A DNA stretch of 20,000 bases from an uncultured virus (IMG/VR IMGVR_UViG_3300013123_000002) (lineage: Duplodnaviria > Heunggongvirae > Uroviricota > Caudoviricetes): the IMG/VR virus record IMGVR_UViG_3300013123_000002. The stretch is one strand, 5' to 3'. Below, one piece after another: positions 7,885 to 16,656 of the stretch (the first letter of the stretch is position 1; each line of letters opens with the position of its first letter). The notes under the pieces are model-generated. The model saw only the letters and a list, made by a program, of their open reading frames with translations. It did not search any database and was not told where the DNA came from. The position numbers and the translations under genes are program-made.

Positions 7885-9612
7885 TTACCTTTTGAATTCC
7901 ACCTTTACTCGAGATCTGAATTCTACCGGAAATTGATCACCGGCTACTTGAAAAAGATCAGAAAAACACCCATCTACCAAATAAGTGACTGCCCAATCGT
8001 CCGGAGTTCGTATAGATCGGCCAGTTCCTTGTAAGACTGATATGGAAGTCTTCCAGTTGTACCATTTTTGCGAGAATTTGAGCTTTGCTGCAACGTACTT
8101 ATCACCAAGGTGAGGGTAAGGTACCTTCATGAACACCTGAAACCGAGAAAGGTCGTCGATTAGGTTCAAACCTTCAAGCAGTGAAGGCCCCATGAGAACA
8201 GTTCCCCTCTTCTTCTTCATCTTCTTCAACATGACGTCCTTTTCCTCAGAACCTTTGTAAAGAAGGACCCTCTTCCTGACCTCTTTAGGAAGGGCCTGCC
8301 ACAATTTTTGCCCAAGTTCATAAGAACCAGTGTGTATGATGCCTGAATCGTCTGGGTGTGTAGCTAGGATTTGGGATAGAGTCTTAACACCCCATTCGAA
8401 GTTATCTTCTAAGTGCCGAGCTGACATCTTCTTTCCTGGGTAGTAAATGATAGGTGAGTTATCCCACTTGAAGTGAGAATCCATCTTGAAGTACCTTGCG
8501 TTCTTTATTCCGTGATTCTTCATGAAATCGGTTGGGTTGCCTACTGTTGCTGTCATTAGCAGTTTGAACCCAAACTGGTTGAAGAAGTGCTTTCCTAGCA
8601 AGTAGTATTCGTCGATGCAGTTGAAAGCTATGCTTTTCTCGCCTGGATTTTTTACCATCTTGCTGACTCCAACTTGGTCTATTATGTCGCAATAATCTTC
8701 TATCTTGCAGTGACAGTCCTTGCACCAGTCGTAAAGGTTGAACACTTTTATCCACTCTCGTGGCACATCTTCTTCGCCGAACTCTTTACCTGCAATCTCT
8801 CGAATATCACCGACTGAAGAAACCAAACTTTCGAGTATCTTTTCTACTTCTTTCATCAAAGTCAGAAGAACGTCGTGATCTTCTTCGGCATAGATGTCCT
8901 TGACCAACCGCTCTAGACGATTTATGTCGATCTTCGGTCTCTTCAAACCTATGTCGAACAAGCCGTCTGATAATCTTTCGACTTTCTTGTAGATGTCATG
9001 CGAGACTAACGGGCTGAAGTGACCTTGAACGATGTCCAGTATCTTGTGAGCTTCATCACAGACTACAAAATCTCTCTTCGGAAACGGTGGAGTAGTCTGC
9101 TTTTCTTCGACGTAATTTCTTTGGATGAGCGCGTAAGGGTAGGTGAGAAGAGCTAACGGCGAGCGTATCGATTTTCTTCTTGCCATCAGATAGCCGCAGT
9201 GCTTGAAACACGGTAGGGATTCTGCCGCTTGGTACGACATTCCCTTGCTCTTGCAATCTCCGATCGAAAATCTTTCTCCGTTTACTGCACACGCGTAATT
9301 ATCAACGCCCTTCACGTTTCCCCAGTTCCAAAGTTGCATTCTTCTGAAATCGTTGACGTACTGCTGGTGAAGGACGAGATCCGAAGCGAGTATGTAGCCA
9401 CGTTTTCCCTTGTGAATGAGAAAGTCAGCGGCTACCATAGCGATGATTGACTTTCCTGACCCAGTCGGAGCGTCCAACAGGTAAATGCCGTCCGGATCCT
9501 CAAAGTAGGCTTCGAGTATGTCGATTATGACCTCTTTTTGCTGAGGCCTGAACTGTAGTGTTGGGTGCTTTGTTTGAACGAACTGTTCGAACTCTTTTTT
9601 CAGATCCGTCAT
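7885..9612 (-). CDS. DinG/YoaA-family SF2 DNA helicase
   Basis: Q motif FRPQQ, Walker A APTGSGKS, Cys cluster (putative Fe-S), DEAH, EGLN, KVPYP, QGTGRSIRTPDDWA. Confidence 0.93.
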   Translation of the reverse strand: MTDLKKEFEQFVQTKHPTLQFRPQQKEVIIDILEAYFEDPDGIYLLDAPTGSGKSIIAMVAADFLIHKGKRGYILASDLVLHQQYVNDFRRMQLWNWGNVKGVDNYACAVNGERFSIGDCKSKGMSYQAAESLPCFKHCGYLMARRKSIRSPLALLTYPYALIQRNYVEEKQTTPPFPKRDFVVCDEAHKILDIVQGHFSPLVSHDIYKKVERLSDGLFDIGLKRPKIDINRLERLVKDIYAEEDHDVLLTLMKEVEKILESLVSSVGDIREIAGKEFGEEDVPREWIKVFNLYDWCKDCHCKIEDYCDIIDQVGVSKMVKNPGEKSIAFNCIDEYYLLGKHFFNQFGFKLLMTATVGNPTDFMKNHGIKNARYFKMDSHFKWDNSPIIYYPGKKMSARHLEDNFEWGVKTLSQILATHPDDSGIIHTGSYELGQKLWQALPKEVRKRVLLYKGSEEKDVMLKKMKKKRGTVLMGPSLLEGLNLIDDLSRFQVFMKVPYPHLGDKYVAAKLKFSQKWYNWKTSISVLQGTGRSIRTPDDWAVTYLVDGCFSDLFQVAGDQFPVEFRSRVKVEFKR

Positions 9613-9664
9613 TTGGAATTCTTTGCTAATTTTTACTAACCAATTCGATTGAGTTTCGAAAGGA

Positions 9665-9901
9665 TTAGCCGCATTGATCTTCCTGGTCGACAGAATCTAT
9701 TGGAAGTTCGAAGAATGGAGTTTTGTCGAAAATCTCGGTAAAAGCTTTTCCGCTAGGGCTTATACAGCCGTAAGTGTACTGCAAGTACTCAAAAACGGTC
9801 TCGCCTTTTTTGAAGTCTCTACCCAACCATGGGCATTCTTCCTGGGTCACATCTCGTGTGAGCTGGTATGCATGTGATCGTTGACTCATAGTTTTATTCA
9901 T
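9665..9901 (-). CDS. hypothetical phage protein (78 aa)
   Basis: ORF with LTRDVT..ECPWL...TYGCIS..G...PFFELP. Confidence 0.7.
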   Translation of the reverse strand: MNKTMSQRSHAYQLTRDVTQEECPWLGRDFKKGETVFEYLQYTYGCISPSGKAFTEIFDKTPFFELPIDSVDQEDQCG

Positions 9902-9935
9902 CTTTTATGGTACGGCCACAACCGTTCCTTGGTTC

Positions 9936-9970
9936 AAAAAAAGACCGGGACGTTTAGGGCCGTCCCGGTC
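9936..9970 (-). terminator. rho-independent terminator
   Basis: GACCGGGACG/CGTCCCGGTC 10-bp stem followed by T7 on minus strand, just after the 9991 stop. Confidence 0.9.
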
Positions 9971-9990
9971 CAAAGAAAGGAGATGTATGA

Positions 9991-11541
9991 TTAAATCTGC
10001 TCAGCCTTTTCGGTCATTTCGAAAGTGAAGTCCAACTGGTGACCGTCCAGGAAGAGAGTGAGTTTGTTCTCGTCGAAGGTCTTGAACTCCTTGAACCATT
10101 TCTTCGAAAGGATGAGGGAGAACTTGGTCTTCGCGATTTCGCGTAGAGCTGCCCGACGAGCTTTGTTAAGTTCGTCAGACTTCGTGATGATGTAATTCTG
10201 AAGAGCTTTCTGCTGATCTTCCGGTTTCATGCTCATGAAGAGCGGAGAGTTGATCTGCTGGTTGTACTCTTCGATAGCGACAGCCATTACCCATTCAGAT
10301 GGTTTGGAGATAGGTCCTTTTGCTATGTTGGCAATCACGTCCTCAACTTTCGGTAAGGACGACAGACCTTTCACCTTAGTGAACAGGTTGACTGACATGT
10401 AGAAGTCGGTGGATTCAGCGGCTGTCATTTTCGGAGCAAAACCGTTGTAGTCGGTGATGCCGTTCTGCTTTAACCATTCTGCTGCTTCCTGACCGTAGGT
10501 GTCAGCGTACGATTTGCTTTCCTTCGGGAAGAGATTCTTCCTGTAGTAATCGTAAACTTTTTTGCGACCCTGAAGCTTGATCAGTTCCCATTCCTGGCGA
10601 GCCAGATCGTTAGCTGAACAGTTCTGGACCATCGCTCTGTTCACGAGAGGAAGGCTGCCAAGGTCAAGGATGATGTAATCTTCCTGAATCTCAGCTGTGA
10701 TTCCGCGGCTGAGCAGCAGGTCGTACAGTTCCTTCGTGTAATTCACCGGAAGTTTGGTGATGTTGAGAATACCGTCCTTGATGAGAGTGTAAGCTCTGTA
10801 CTTGAACGATGGGACCGAAGTGATGTTGTGCTCATTAGCTGGCAGTTCAACAGTTCCTTCAATGCGACACAGAACCGAAAGGTTTGCGCGACTCTCATTC
10901 CAGACAAGGCTGGTGAGAGCGTAACCAGGGTTCGGGTCGGTCTGAACGAACTTTGCTTCGATCTGTTCAGGTTCGCCGGCTTCGTTAACCGCGGTAACGC
11001 GCTTGCGGCCAATGCGGTTGTAATTGAATTCCGAGTGGCCAGGGAAGAATTTGTTGTCCATCTCGCCAAGGTCGTTGATCAGATCCATGACGCAGTACGC
11101 ATGGTCGTCAACTCTGGTGATTGGGAAGACTCCTTCAGGGAACCTCTTCGTAACGTCAACGACGCATTCAGCCACAGCAGCTTTGAAGGCATTGAGCTTC
11201 TGCTTTCCGAAAGCGTTTGCGAGCATGCGGTAGTGGTACGGGTCGCTCAGCATGTTGAACATCCGTTCGGCATCATCGTTGAGAAGTTTGTCTGACAGGA
11301 CGTAAACCGCTGCATAGAGGGCAGAATTGTCCGGAAGGACGGAGGTACCGAGAGGTTTGGATGAGAAGTAGTAAACCTGGTCAACGTCTTCGCTCACCAT
11401 GATCTTTCCGTTGTCAATGTTGTACAGGACAACACCACCGGACGGAGTGACTGAGAAAGCGAAATCGTAAAGGTCCGACTCAACGTCGACGACAACTTTC
11501 TTGCCACCGGTGAGACCGGTTGAGATCTTCTTGTCGAACAT
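9991..11541 (-). CDS. large hypothetical protein (516 aa), probably 5'-truncated member of a phage vWA-domain-protein family
   Basis: Long ORF with C-ending codon bias; coding-like in-frame codons (CDGFDEFEP) continue upstream of the ATG up to a promoter box. Family link is from recall only. Confidence 0.7.
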   Translation of the reverse strand: MFDKKISTGLTGGKKVVVDVESDLYDFAFSVTPSGGVVLYNIDNGKIMVSEDVDQVYYFSSKPLGTSVLPDNSALYAAVYVLSDKLLNDDAERMFNMLSDPYHYRMLANAFGKQKLNAFKAAVAECVVDVTKRFPEGVFPITRVDDHAYCVMDLINDLGEMDNKFFPGHSEFNYNRIGRKRVTAVNEAGEPEQIEAKFVQTDPNPGYALTSLVWNESRANLSVLCRIEGTVELPANEHNITSVPSFKYRAYTLIKDGILNITKLPVNYTKELYDLLLSRGITAEIQEDYIILDLGSLPLVNRAMVQNCSANDLARQEWELIKLQGRKKVYDYYRKNLFPKESKSYADTYGQEAAEWLKQNGITDYNGFAPKMTAAESTDFYMSVNLFTKVKGLSSLPKVEDVIANIAKGPISKPSEWVMAVAIEEYNQQINSPLFMSMKPEDQQKALQNYIITKSDELNKARRAALREIAKTKFSLILSKKWFKEFKTFDENKLTLFLDGHQLDFTFEMTEKAEQI

Positions 11542-11570
11542 CGGTTCGAACTCGTCGAAACCGTCGCAGT

Positions 11571-11580
11571 ATTATACTAC
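11571..11580 (-). promoter_or_regulatory. putative -10 element GTAGTATAAT
   Basis: Third exact copy; contains the TAA of the upstream ORF. Confidence 0.6.
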
Positions 11581-11904
11581 TTGGGGTGAAATTGTTTCAC
11601 TTTCTGTTAACAATTGTTGGTGTTCAGACGCATGGTACCAGTACTTAGTTAGGTGGTCCTTTTCGAAATCTTCTAGAGGAACCCACACGTATGTTTCACA
11701 ACTGTCGTCTCTGATATTTTCGGGAATGTTAACGAGTACTTGCCCGTTTTCATCCTTTCCGATTGCGTTCATTCCGCAGCCTTCGCACAGGACAGGAACG
11801 TAAGTTCCGTTTTTCAAAGAAGCAGCGGTTTCCCTGATGTTTATGTCAGGCTGTGTTTTATCTCCAAACGTTGCAGCTGAACACTGCGTGCAAAAATCAG
11901 CCAT
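11572..11904 (-). CDS. hypothetical CxxC/CxxC protein (110 aa)
   Basis: MADFCTQCS ... LCEGCG. Confidence 0.75.
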   Translation of the reverse strand: MADFCTQCSAATFGDKTQPDINIRETAASLKNGTYVPVLCEGCGMNAIGKDENGQVLVNIPENIRDDSCETYVWVPLEDFEKDHLTKYWYHASEHQQLLTESETISPQVV

Positions 11905-11909
11905 TTGTT

Positions 11910-12416
11910 CTAGGTGTTTTTCATGATGCGCATCGCGTAGCTGTTGACTACTGGTGTGCCTGTGTTATAGTACCCAAGAGCGATGTCCCAACGCTTTGAC
12001 ATCTTGTAAAGGTACGCCATGTACTTCATTGAGATTTCAACGTTAAGCTCAAGGTCAGTAAGGAGTTGATCTTTCGTTACTCGTTCACCGTAAATGTAGG
12101 TTGCGGTTGATGGAAGTATCTGCATTGCTCCGCACGCCCCAGCGCTGGAAACTCTAGCTGGATTGTAGTCCCAGTGAAACGGTCCCTCGTACCCGGTTTC
12201 TGCTTCAGCTATTCCGAGTGCTATTTGAAGAGGTACCTCGTACTTTTCCGAGTATTCAACCAAGTAATCGTACATTCTGATGCTTAGAGGTCCCTTGCTA
12301 ATAGGCGTTCCAACCGTCTGTATCTTTTTTTGGGTTACTTTGGTCGTTTCATAAGACCAGACTGCGCCTAATAGCATTAGCGACGCTAGAAATATGATTA
12401 ATTTCGCGCGTATCAT
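11910..12416 (-). CDS. soluble lytic transglycosylase (SLT-domain) with N-terminal signal/anchor
   Basis: Catalytic AETG, S.AGACGAMQI.P.TA, N...MKYM, ALGYYNTG. Confidence 0.9.
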   Translation of the reverse strand: MIRAKLIIFLASLMLLGAVWSYETTKVTQKKIQTVGTPISKGPLSIRMYDYLVEYSEKYEVPLQIALGIAEAETGYEGPFHWDYNPARVSSAGACGAMQILPSTATYIYGERVTKDQLLTDLELNVEISMKYMAYLYKMSKRWDIALGYYNTGTPVVNSYAMRIMKNT

Positions 12417-12745
12417 GGTTTTACTGCTTCCTGGTATTTTTGGTTAGCGTAAACGTTGAAGATTGCTGTACCAACCGAATCGCAGTACACAGTGTAGTTT
12501 CCAGTAGAGCGATCTATGATCATGAGTTCGCTTTGTTCGTTCACCGCAACTGAGGTTTCTCTCAGAGTCTTAACGTTTCCGAGAGGTGATTCTTGAACAG
12601 GTTTGTTGGTGAAAACATAATAGTAGTAACCGATGAAAAAACCAACTACTAGAACGATTGCTATTACTAGGGCATTTCCTAGACCTTTGAATAGTTTCTT
12701 TACCCACTCTTCAGCATTTTGAAAAATTACTTTAGGATTGTCCAT
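12413..12745 (-). CDS. single-pass membrane protein coupled to the SLT gene
   Basis: ALVIAIVLVVGFFIGYYYY TM helix; ATGA overlap with SLT start. Confidence 0.7.
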   Translation of the reverse strand: MDNPKVIFQNAEEWVKKLFKGLGNALVIAIVLVVGFFIGYYYYVFTNKPVQESPLGNVKTLRETSVAVNEQSELMIIDRSTGNYTVYCDSVGTAIFNVYANQKYQEAVKP

Positions 12746-13085
12746 TTCTTATTTTTGTTATTTGTTCTTCCGGCAGCATTTGGATGGCCGCTTCGACCAC
12801 GGTCTTGAAGTCTTTTAGACCTATGACCATGAGCCGGCCTCCGTACTCGACGAATTCTTCGTCTTCGACGGAACTAATTTCCGATCTGTGCTGATTTACG
12901 ATCTGCTCAGCTAAAACGCGAGAGATCTCTGTGCGAACGAGCTCGTCGAGAGCGCGTTCTCCAAGGTTAGCCCGCTTTACAAGTTCCTTATCTATTCTGT
13001 ACTTGCAAGTGTGAAGAGTGTTCCCCAGTTTGAATTGGCGAAACAACTTCATTATGGTTCTGTTAATAGTTTCGTCTTCGCACAT
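12732..13085 (-). CDS. hypothetical protein (start may be ATG 13052)
   Basis: ORF overlapping the downstream gene start. Confidence 0.65.
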   Translation of the reverse strand: MCEDETINRTIMKLFRQFKLGNTLHTCKYRIDKELVKRANLGERALDELVRTEISRVLAEQIVNQHRSEISSVEDEEFVEYGGRLMVIGLKDFKTVVEAAIQMLPEEQITKIRNGQS

Positions 13086-13135
13086 TAGTCGATAGTTTGG
13101 GCTAACCTACTAAAAAATGCGGTGATCGGTCTAGT

Positions 13136-13143
13136 TATTTATA
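13136..13143 (-). promoter_or_regulatory. T4-like late promoter TATAAATA
   Basis: Exact consensus upstream of the hypothetical/membrane/SLT unit. Confidence 0.65.
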
Positions 13144-13149
13144 CTCCAA

Positions 13150-14121
13150 TTAGACGAAAGGTTTATCTGAGCTCCAAGCTATAGGTGTTGATCCAGCAGT
13201 AGTTACAGTCATTCCGATTGGACTGGAATCGGTTAGAAGAGAACCGTTGGTTGATGCTCTCAAAAGAAGGTGAGAATCGTAAGATATGTTCAATCCTGAT
13301 GTCGGCGCAGAAAAGTTTTCCCAGTATTTTGCAACAGTTGGATTTACGTGAAAGTTGCTTATCAACTCGGTGAAGTAAGTGGTAGAAGCGTATCCAGGGT
13401 CGATTCCCAAATGCATAACAGTTTCAGTATCAGTGATGTTGTCCGGTATGTAAGCCGCTGCTCCAAGCTGAGTGTCGTTGTGAAATATCCTCACGTAATT
13501 CTTGTAACGGCATATCGCTATGTGGATCCACTCATCCTGCCAGGTAGGCAAGCCTCTGAATATGTACTGCCCGTTGTACCAAAAATAGATTGCTCCGCTT
13601 TTCGAGCTTGTGCCGAATCCTGAAGGCCATGCACCGAACTGAAATACTCTAGGAAAATCCGAACCTAAGCTCTGTTTCTGGAACCATTCAACTGTAAAAT
13701 CATTCGTTCCTGGGAGAAGGTCGGTAGCGCTGGCTACTTCTCCGTAACACGTTCCAGTTCCAGTGAAGCTCATCGACCCGCTGACCTCGTAAGAAGTGTA
13801 CAGGCTGTTGGTAGAAAGGAACGTGTCGAACCAGGGTATCGTTGTGCCAGGTTCCAATCCTGTGCTGCTCTTGTATAGAGATTGTAGTAGCGAAAGGTAG
13901 CTAGCATCAGTCTTATTAGTGGACCTAAAGAATGTCGGTTCAGCTCCGTTCTACAAAGCTATGATGAACCCGGGTATCTCGTTTGGTTCCATGTACCACG
14001 TCAACCCACCAGGAAGTTCATCGTAATTAAGGTTCGGTTCGCCTATCGACATGTTGTAATAGGCTATCCCGCCTGCACCGATGTCTCCGATTGCAAAAGG
14101 TCTGGCTTGGTAAGTTGACAT
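13150..14121 (-). CDS. LamG/concanavalin-A-like domain protein (323 codons) containing one in-frame TAG at codon 57
   Basis: GTNDFTVEWF, WIHIAICR, YFTELISNFHV and LLLR LamG-like motifs. The frame is open from ATG 14121 except for TAG at 13951-13953. Confidence 0.75.
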
Positions 14122-14139
14122 GATCCGCTACTTTATTCT

Positions 14140-14147
14140 TATTTATC
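14140..14147 (-). promoter_or_regulatory. late-promoter variant GATAAATA
   Basis: One mismatch to TATAAATA, 18 nt upstream of ATG 14121. Confidence 0.5.
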
Positions 14148-16014
14148 AGTAGTTTGTGATCAGCTCGGTCCTGAAAATTAAACGGTCAGTTCCCTGTTCG
14201 GTCAGTTCTACCAAGTAGGTCTTGCGATTCTGTAAGTGAATTCCCCAGATGAAGAACAGCTGAGAGTTGAATATTTCCCAACCACACCTAAATATTTCGG
14301 CATCATCGTCCTTCAGAATGACGTTTACTTTCGGTTCGATCCTTTTCTCCTTGAGAAACGATGTTTTTATCAGAACAACGTCCTTCCCGTCGTACTCGAC
14401 GATCATGTCGGTTTTATCAAGAACAGTAGAGCCGTAGGTGTCTTCGACTTGCTGAAAAACTTCCGGACTCTTGTAACCATGAAACACGTAAACGTCACGA
14501 TCAGTTTTCGGAACGATTGCTTTGTCAGATATTGGACAGCAGTTGTAAGTGTAATTATCGTAAATGTTTAGGTTTATGTCGAACGATTCCTCAATGTCCA
14601 CTACTGGGAGGGCTTTAGGGAGGTCGTACTTTGACAGTATGATGTTGAATGTGTCCTCATCGTGAAACTTAAAGATGGACCTCCTGGTCGAATCCTTGTG
14701 CTCGTTGTAGATGTCCATCTGCTCTTTGAAGAACCACGCTGACCTTTCGTCGTATAGCATCACGTTGGTCTTTCGTCTAGGAAATATTCTAACAGGAACA
14801 CCTATCTCGTCGCCAAGAGCGTGCAACGAACTAACGCGGTCGCCGTTATCTTCTATGCTGTAGATGACGTCGTGCACGTGGGAATTCGTCAAGGGGTAAT
14901 TTTCCAGCTGGTTGAAGTACTTAGCTATCGAATCCATGCCTACCGTGATGTAAATGTCGGTGTCAAGGAACACGAACTTCTTTCCTGGAAAAGCAGTAAG
15001 TGAGTCGAGTTGAATGACCGGCTTGGAAGTGATCGTGTTGAAGCTGCGCCCGCGCTTGTCAAGAAAATCCCTGCCTGTGATGTCTATCCGCCTAACTACG
15101 AATTGATCGGATAGCTCGTGAACTAACGTGGACGAATAGTTCACCGTGTACAAAATGCACCTTCTTCTCGAGAACTTTTCTATCGTGCTGATCAGAGTTC
15201 TAGCGGTCGGCTCGTAACTCTGCGTGAAGTATGTGATGTAGTAGAAATCGTCCAAGTACTCCACTTTTCTCCTAGCTACGATCGCTTGGCCCCTTCTCTT
15301 GAACTCAGTGTGCTTCTTTCTGAAGAAGTGGTAGATCATCTTTTCTACTCCGCCAACGTACACTTTCCCGCCAGTCCAAAGTGCGTCAAACTTGATCTTG
15401 TAGCTGATCGGGTCCATGTTAGAACAGTCAAACATGACCTTCACATGAATCCCTAGCTTTTCGTAAGTTTCGGTTATCTTCCTCTCGTCGTACTCGTCGT
15501 AGTCTGGTTTTGACATGCACTCGTAAAAGGTTGGATCATTTAGGTAAACTGTTCTAACTTTTTCGGTGTTTCGAGTTATCGCCAAAGGTCCAGAGATGCG
15601 ATTGTAAATTGGACCGTTCTCTCCGAAGGAGATCACGTCAAACTCGTCAAGATAAGGTTCCATCCAGGAAGCAACATCTCCAAGCAAAGTGTCAATATCG
15701 TACCAACCAACGAACTCGTAATCCTTCACATACTCTCGAAAAAGGTCCGGATAAGTAGGCTTAATATCGTTGAGCTTGTAAGCTGACGGGATTACTAGAG
15801 GTCTTTTTGTTCTGTCGAACAATCTCTGCTGAACGTCTCTCGGCGTGATCTTGAAGAATTTTACGTTTTCAGCTTCGAACTTTTTGTCGACTTCTTGGTC
15901 GGTGAAAAAGTAAAAATCGATTCTCTGGTTTAGGCAGGTTGAGTGGTGGTACTCGAAATAGCTGGGAAGCTTACCGAACCATACTTGGATTAGAGCTATC
16001 CTGTTCTTAGACAT
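14146..16014 (-). CDS. two-domain putative glycosyltransferase (N-terminal DUF6625-like plus C-terminal GT-A-like)
   Basis: WFGKLPSYF, FFTD, YKLNDIKP, GWYDID in the N half; FLDTDI (DxD) and HDED in the C half. Confidence 0.75.
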   Translation of the reverse strand: MSKNRIALIQVWFGKLPSYFEYHHSTCLNQRIDFYFFTDQEVDKKFEAENVKFFKITPRDVQQRLFDRTKRPLVIPSAYKLNDIKPTYPDLFREYVKDYEFVGWYDIDTLLGDVASWMEPYLDEFDVISFGENGPIYNRISGPLAITRNTEKVRTVYLNDPTFYECMSKPDYDEYDERKITETYEKLGIHVKVMFDCSNMDPISYKIKFDALWTGGKVYVGGVEKMIYHFFRKKHTEFKRRGQAIVARRKVEYLDDFYYITYFTQSYEPTARTLISTIEKFSRRRCILYTVNYSSTLVHELSDQFVVRRIDITGRDFLDKRGRSFNTITSKPVIQLDSLTAFPGKKFVFLDTDIYITVGMDSIAKYFNQLENYPLTNSHVHDVIYSIEDNGDRVSSLHALGDEIGVPVRIFPRRKTNVMLYDERSAWFFKEQMDIYNEHKDSTRRSIFKFHDEDTFNIILSKYDLPKALPVVDIEESFDINLNIYDNYTYNCCPISDKAIVPKTDRDVYVFHGYKSPEVFQQVEDTYGSTVLDKTDMIVEYDGKDVVLIKTSFLKEKRIEPKVNVILKDDDAEIFRCGWEIFNSQLFFIWGIHLQNRKTYLVELTEQGTDRLIFRTELITNY

Positions 16015-16040
16015 CTAATGTAACTTTTCGCTCTTATACT

Positions 16041-16065
16041 AAAAAAGCCTGAGTGGTTCAGGCTT
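16041..16065 (-). terminator. rho-independent terminator after tRNA
   Basis: AAGCCTGA/TCAGGCTT stem followed by a T-run on minus strand. Confidence 0.8.
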
Positions 16066-16067
16066 CT

Positions 16068-16140
16068 GAGGGAATGGGGGAGTCGAACCCCCGACTAACG
16101 GTTTTAGAGACCGCCGTTCTACCGCTGAACTACAAACCCA
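16068..16140 (-). tRNA. amber suppressor-type tRNA (anticodon CUA), tRNA-Trp-like body
   Basis: D arm GTTC-AGCGGTA-GAAC; anticodon arm GCGGT-CT[CTA]AA-ACCGT; T arm GGGGG-TTCGACT-CCCCC. Acceptor stem imperfect; no CCA. Confidence 0.85.
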
Positions 16141-16186
16141 ATTTAATCGAAAGTTTCGCCAACTACTAAAACTTTTACGGACTTTT

Positions 16187-16609
16187 TCATGATCTTTCTT
16201 TGTAAAAATACTGTACCCCAATTTCGTTCAAAAAGTCAACCAGGGCATTGTACGCTGAGACTAAACCAGCTCTATCATCGAGAAGGATGCTGTAAAAGAT
16301 CTTTCTACTCGAAGATTTGAAGAAAGATGGGTTCTCGTTTATCGTATGGTACGGAATGTCGTTCGCTTGAAGATAGGCTCTAACAAAATCGTGGCGTTCG
16401 TTAGCAGTTCCGGTCCAAACAACAAAGCTTATTCCAGGAACTTTTTCCAACGTTCTTAGTAGGTCAACTACCATGTCGTAAGTGTCTCCCTTTTTGCGAT
16501 AATCGTACACAGTGTTGTCAAAATCGTACGCTACGACCAAACCTTCGTGAAATCGGTACTCGTCAACTAGTCTCTTGACTACGTTTTTATGATCTAAGTA
16601 AGTGTCCAT
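16187..16609 (-). CDS. HAD-like phosphatase (140 aa)
   Basis: VAYDFDNTV motif I, VVWT, INEN, LLDDRAG. Start moved to ATG 16609 (A-rich TIR). Confidence 0.75.
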   Translation of the reverse strand: MDTYLDHKNVVKRLVDEYRFHEGLVVAYDFDNTVYDYRKKGDTYDMVVDLLRTLEKVPGISFVVWTGTANERHDFVRAYLQANDIPYHTINENPSFFKSSSRKIFYSILLDDRAGLVSAYNALVDFLNEIGVQYFYKERS

Positions 16610-16621
16610 GTTTTTCTTGTT

Positions 16622-16656
16622 AAAAGGAAACCTTCCGCTCACAGGAGCGGAAGGTT
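16622..16656 (-). terminator. 12-bp hairpin/terminator overlapping the PTH2-like stop codon
   Basis: AACCTTCCGCTC-CTGT-GAGCGGAAGGTT followed by TCCTTTT. Confidence 0.65.

Noticed and set aside
11542..11574. Readthrough fusion of ORF 11572-11904 with 9991-11541 (same frame)
   Set aside because: The stop is TAA inside a promoter box and codon style differs between the two ORFs; truncation is the simpler explanation.
13063..13113. Hammerhead-like CTAATGT...CGAAAC segment
   Set aside because: The core deviates from CUGANGA at two positions, and stems I/II and the NUH site cannot be formed convincingly.
16039..16221. 60-aa minus-strand ORF
   Set aside because: It is a translation of the tRNA-CUA gene and its terminator.
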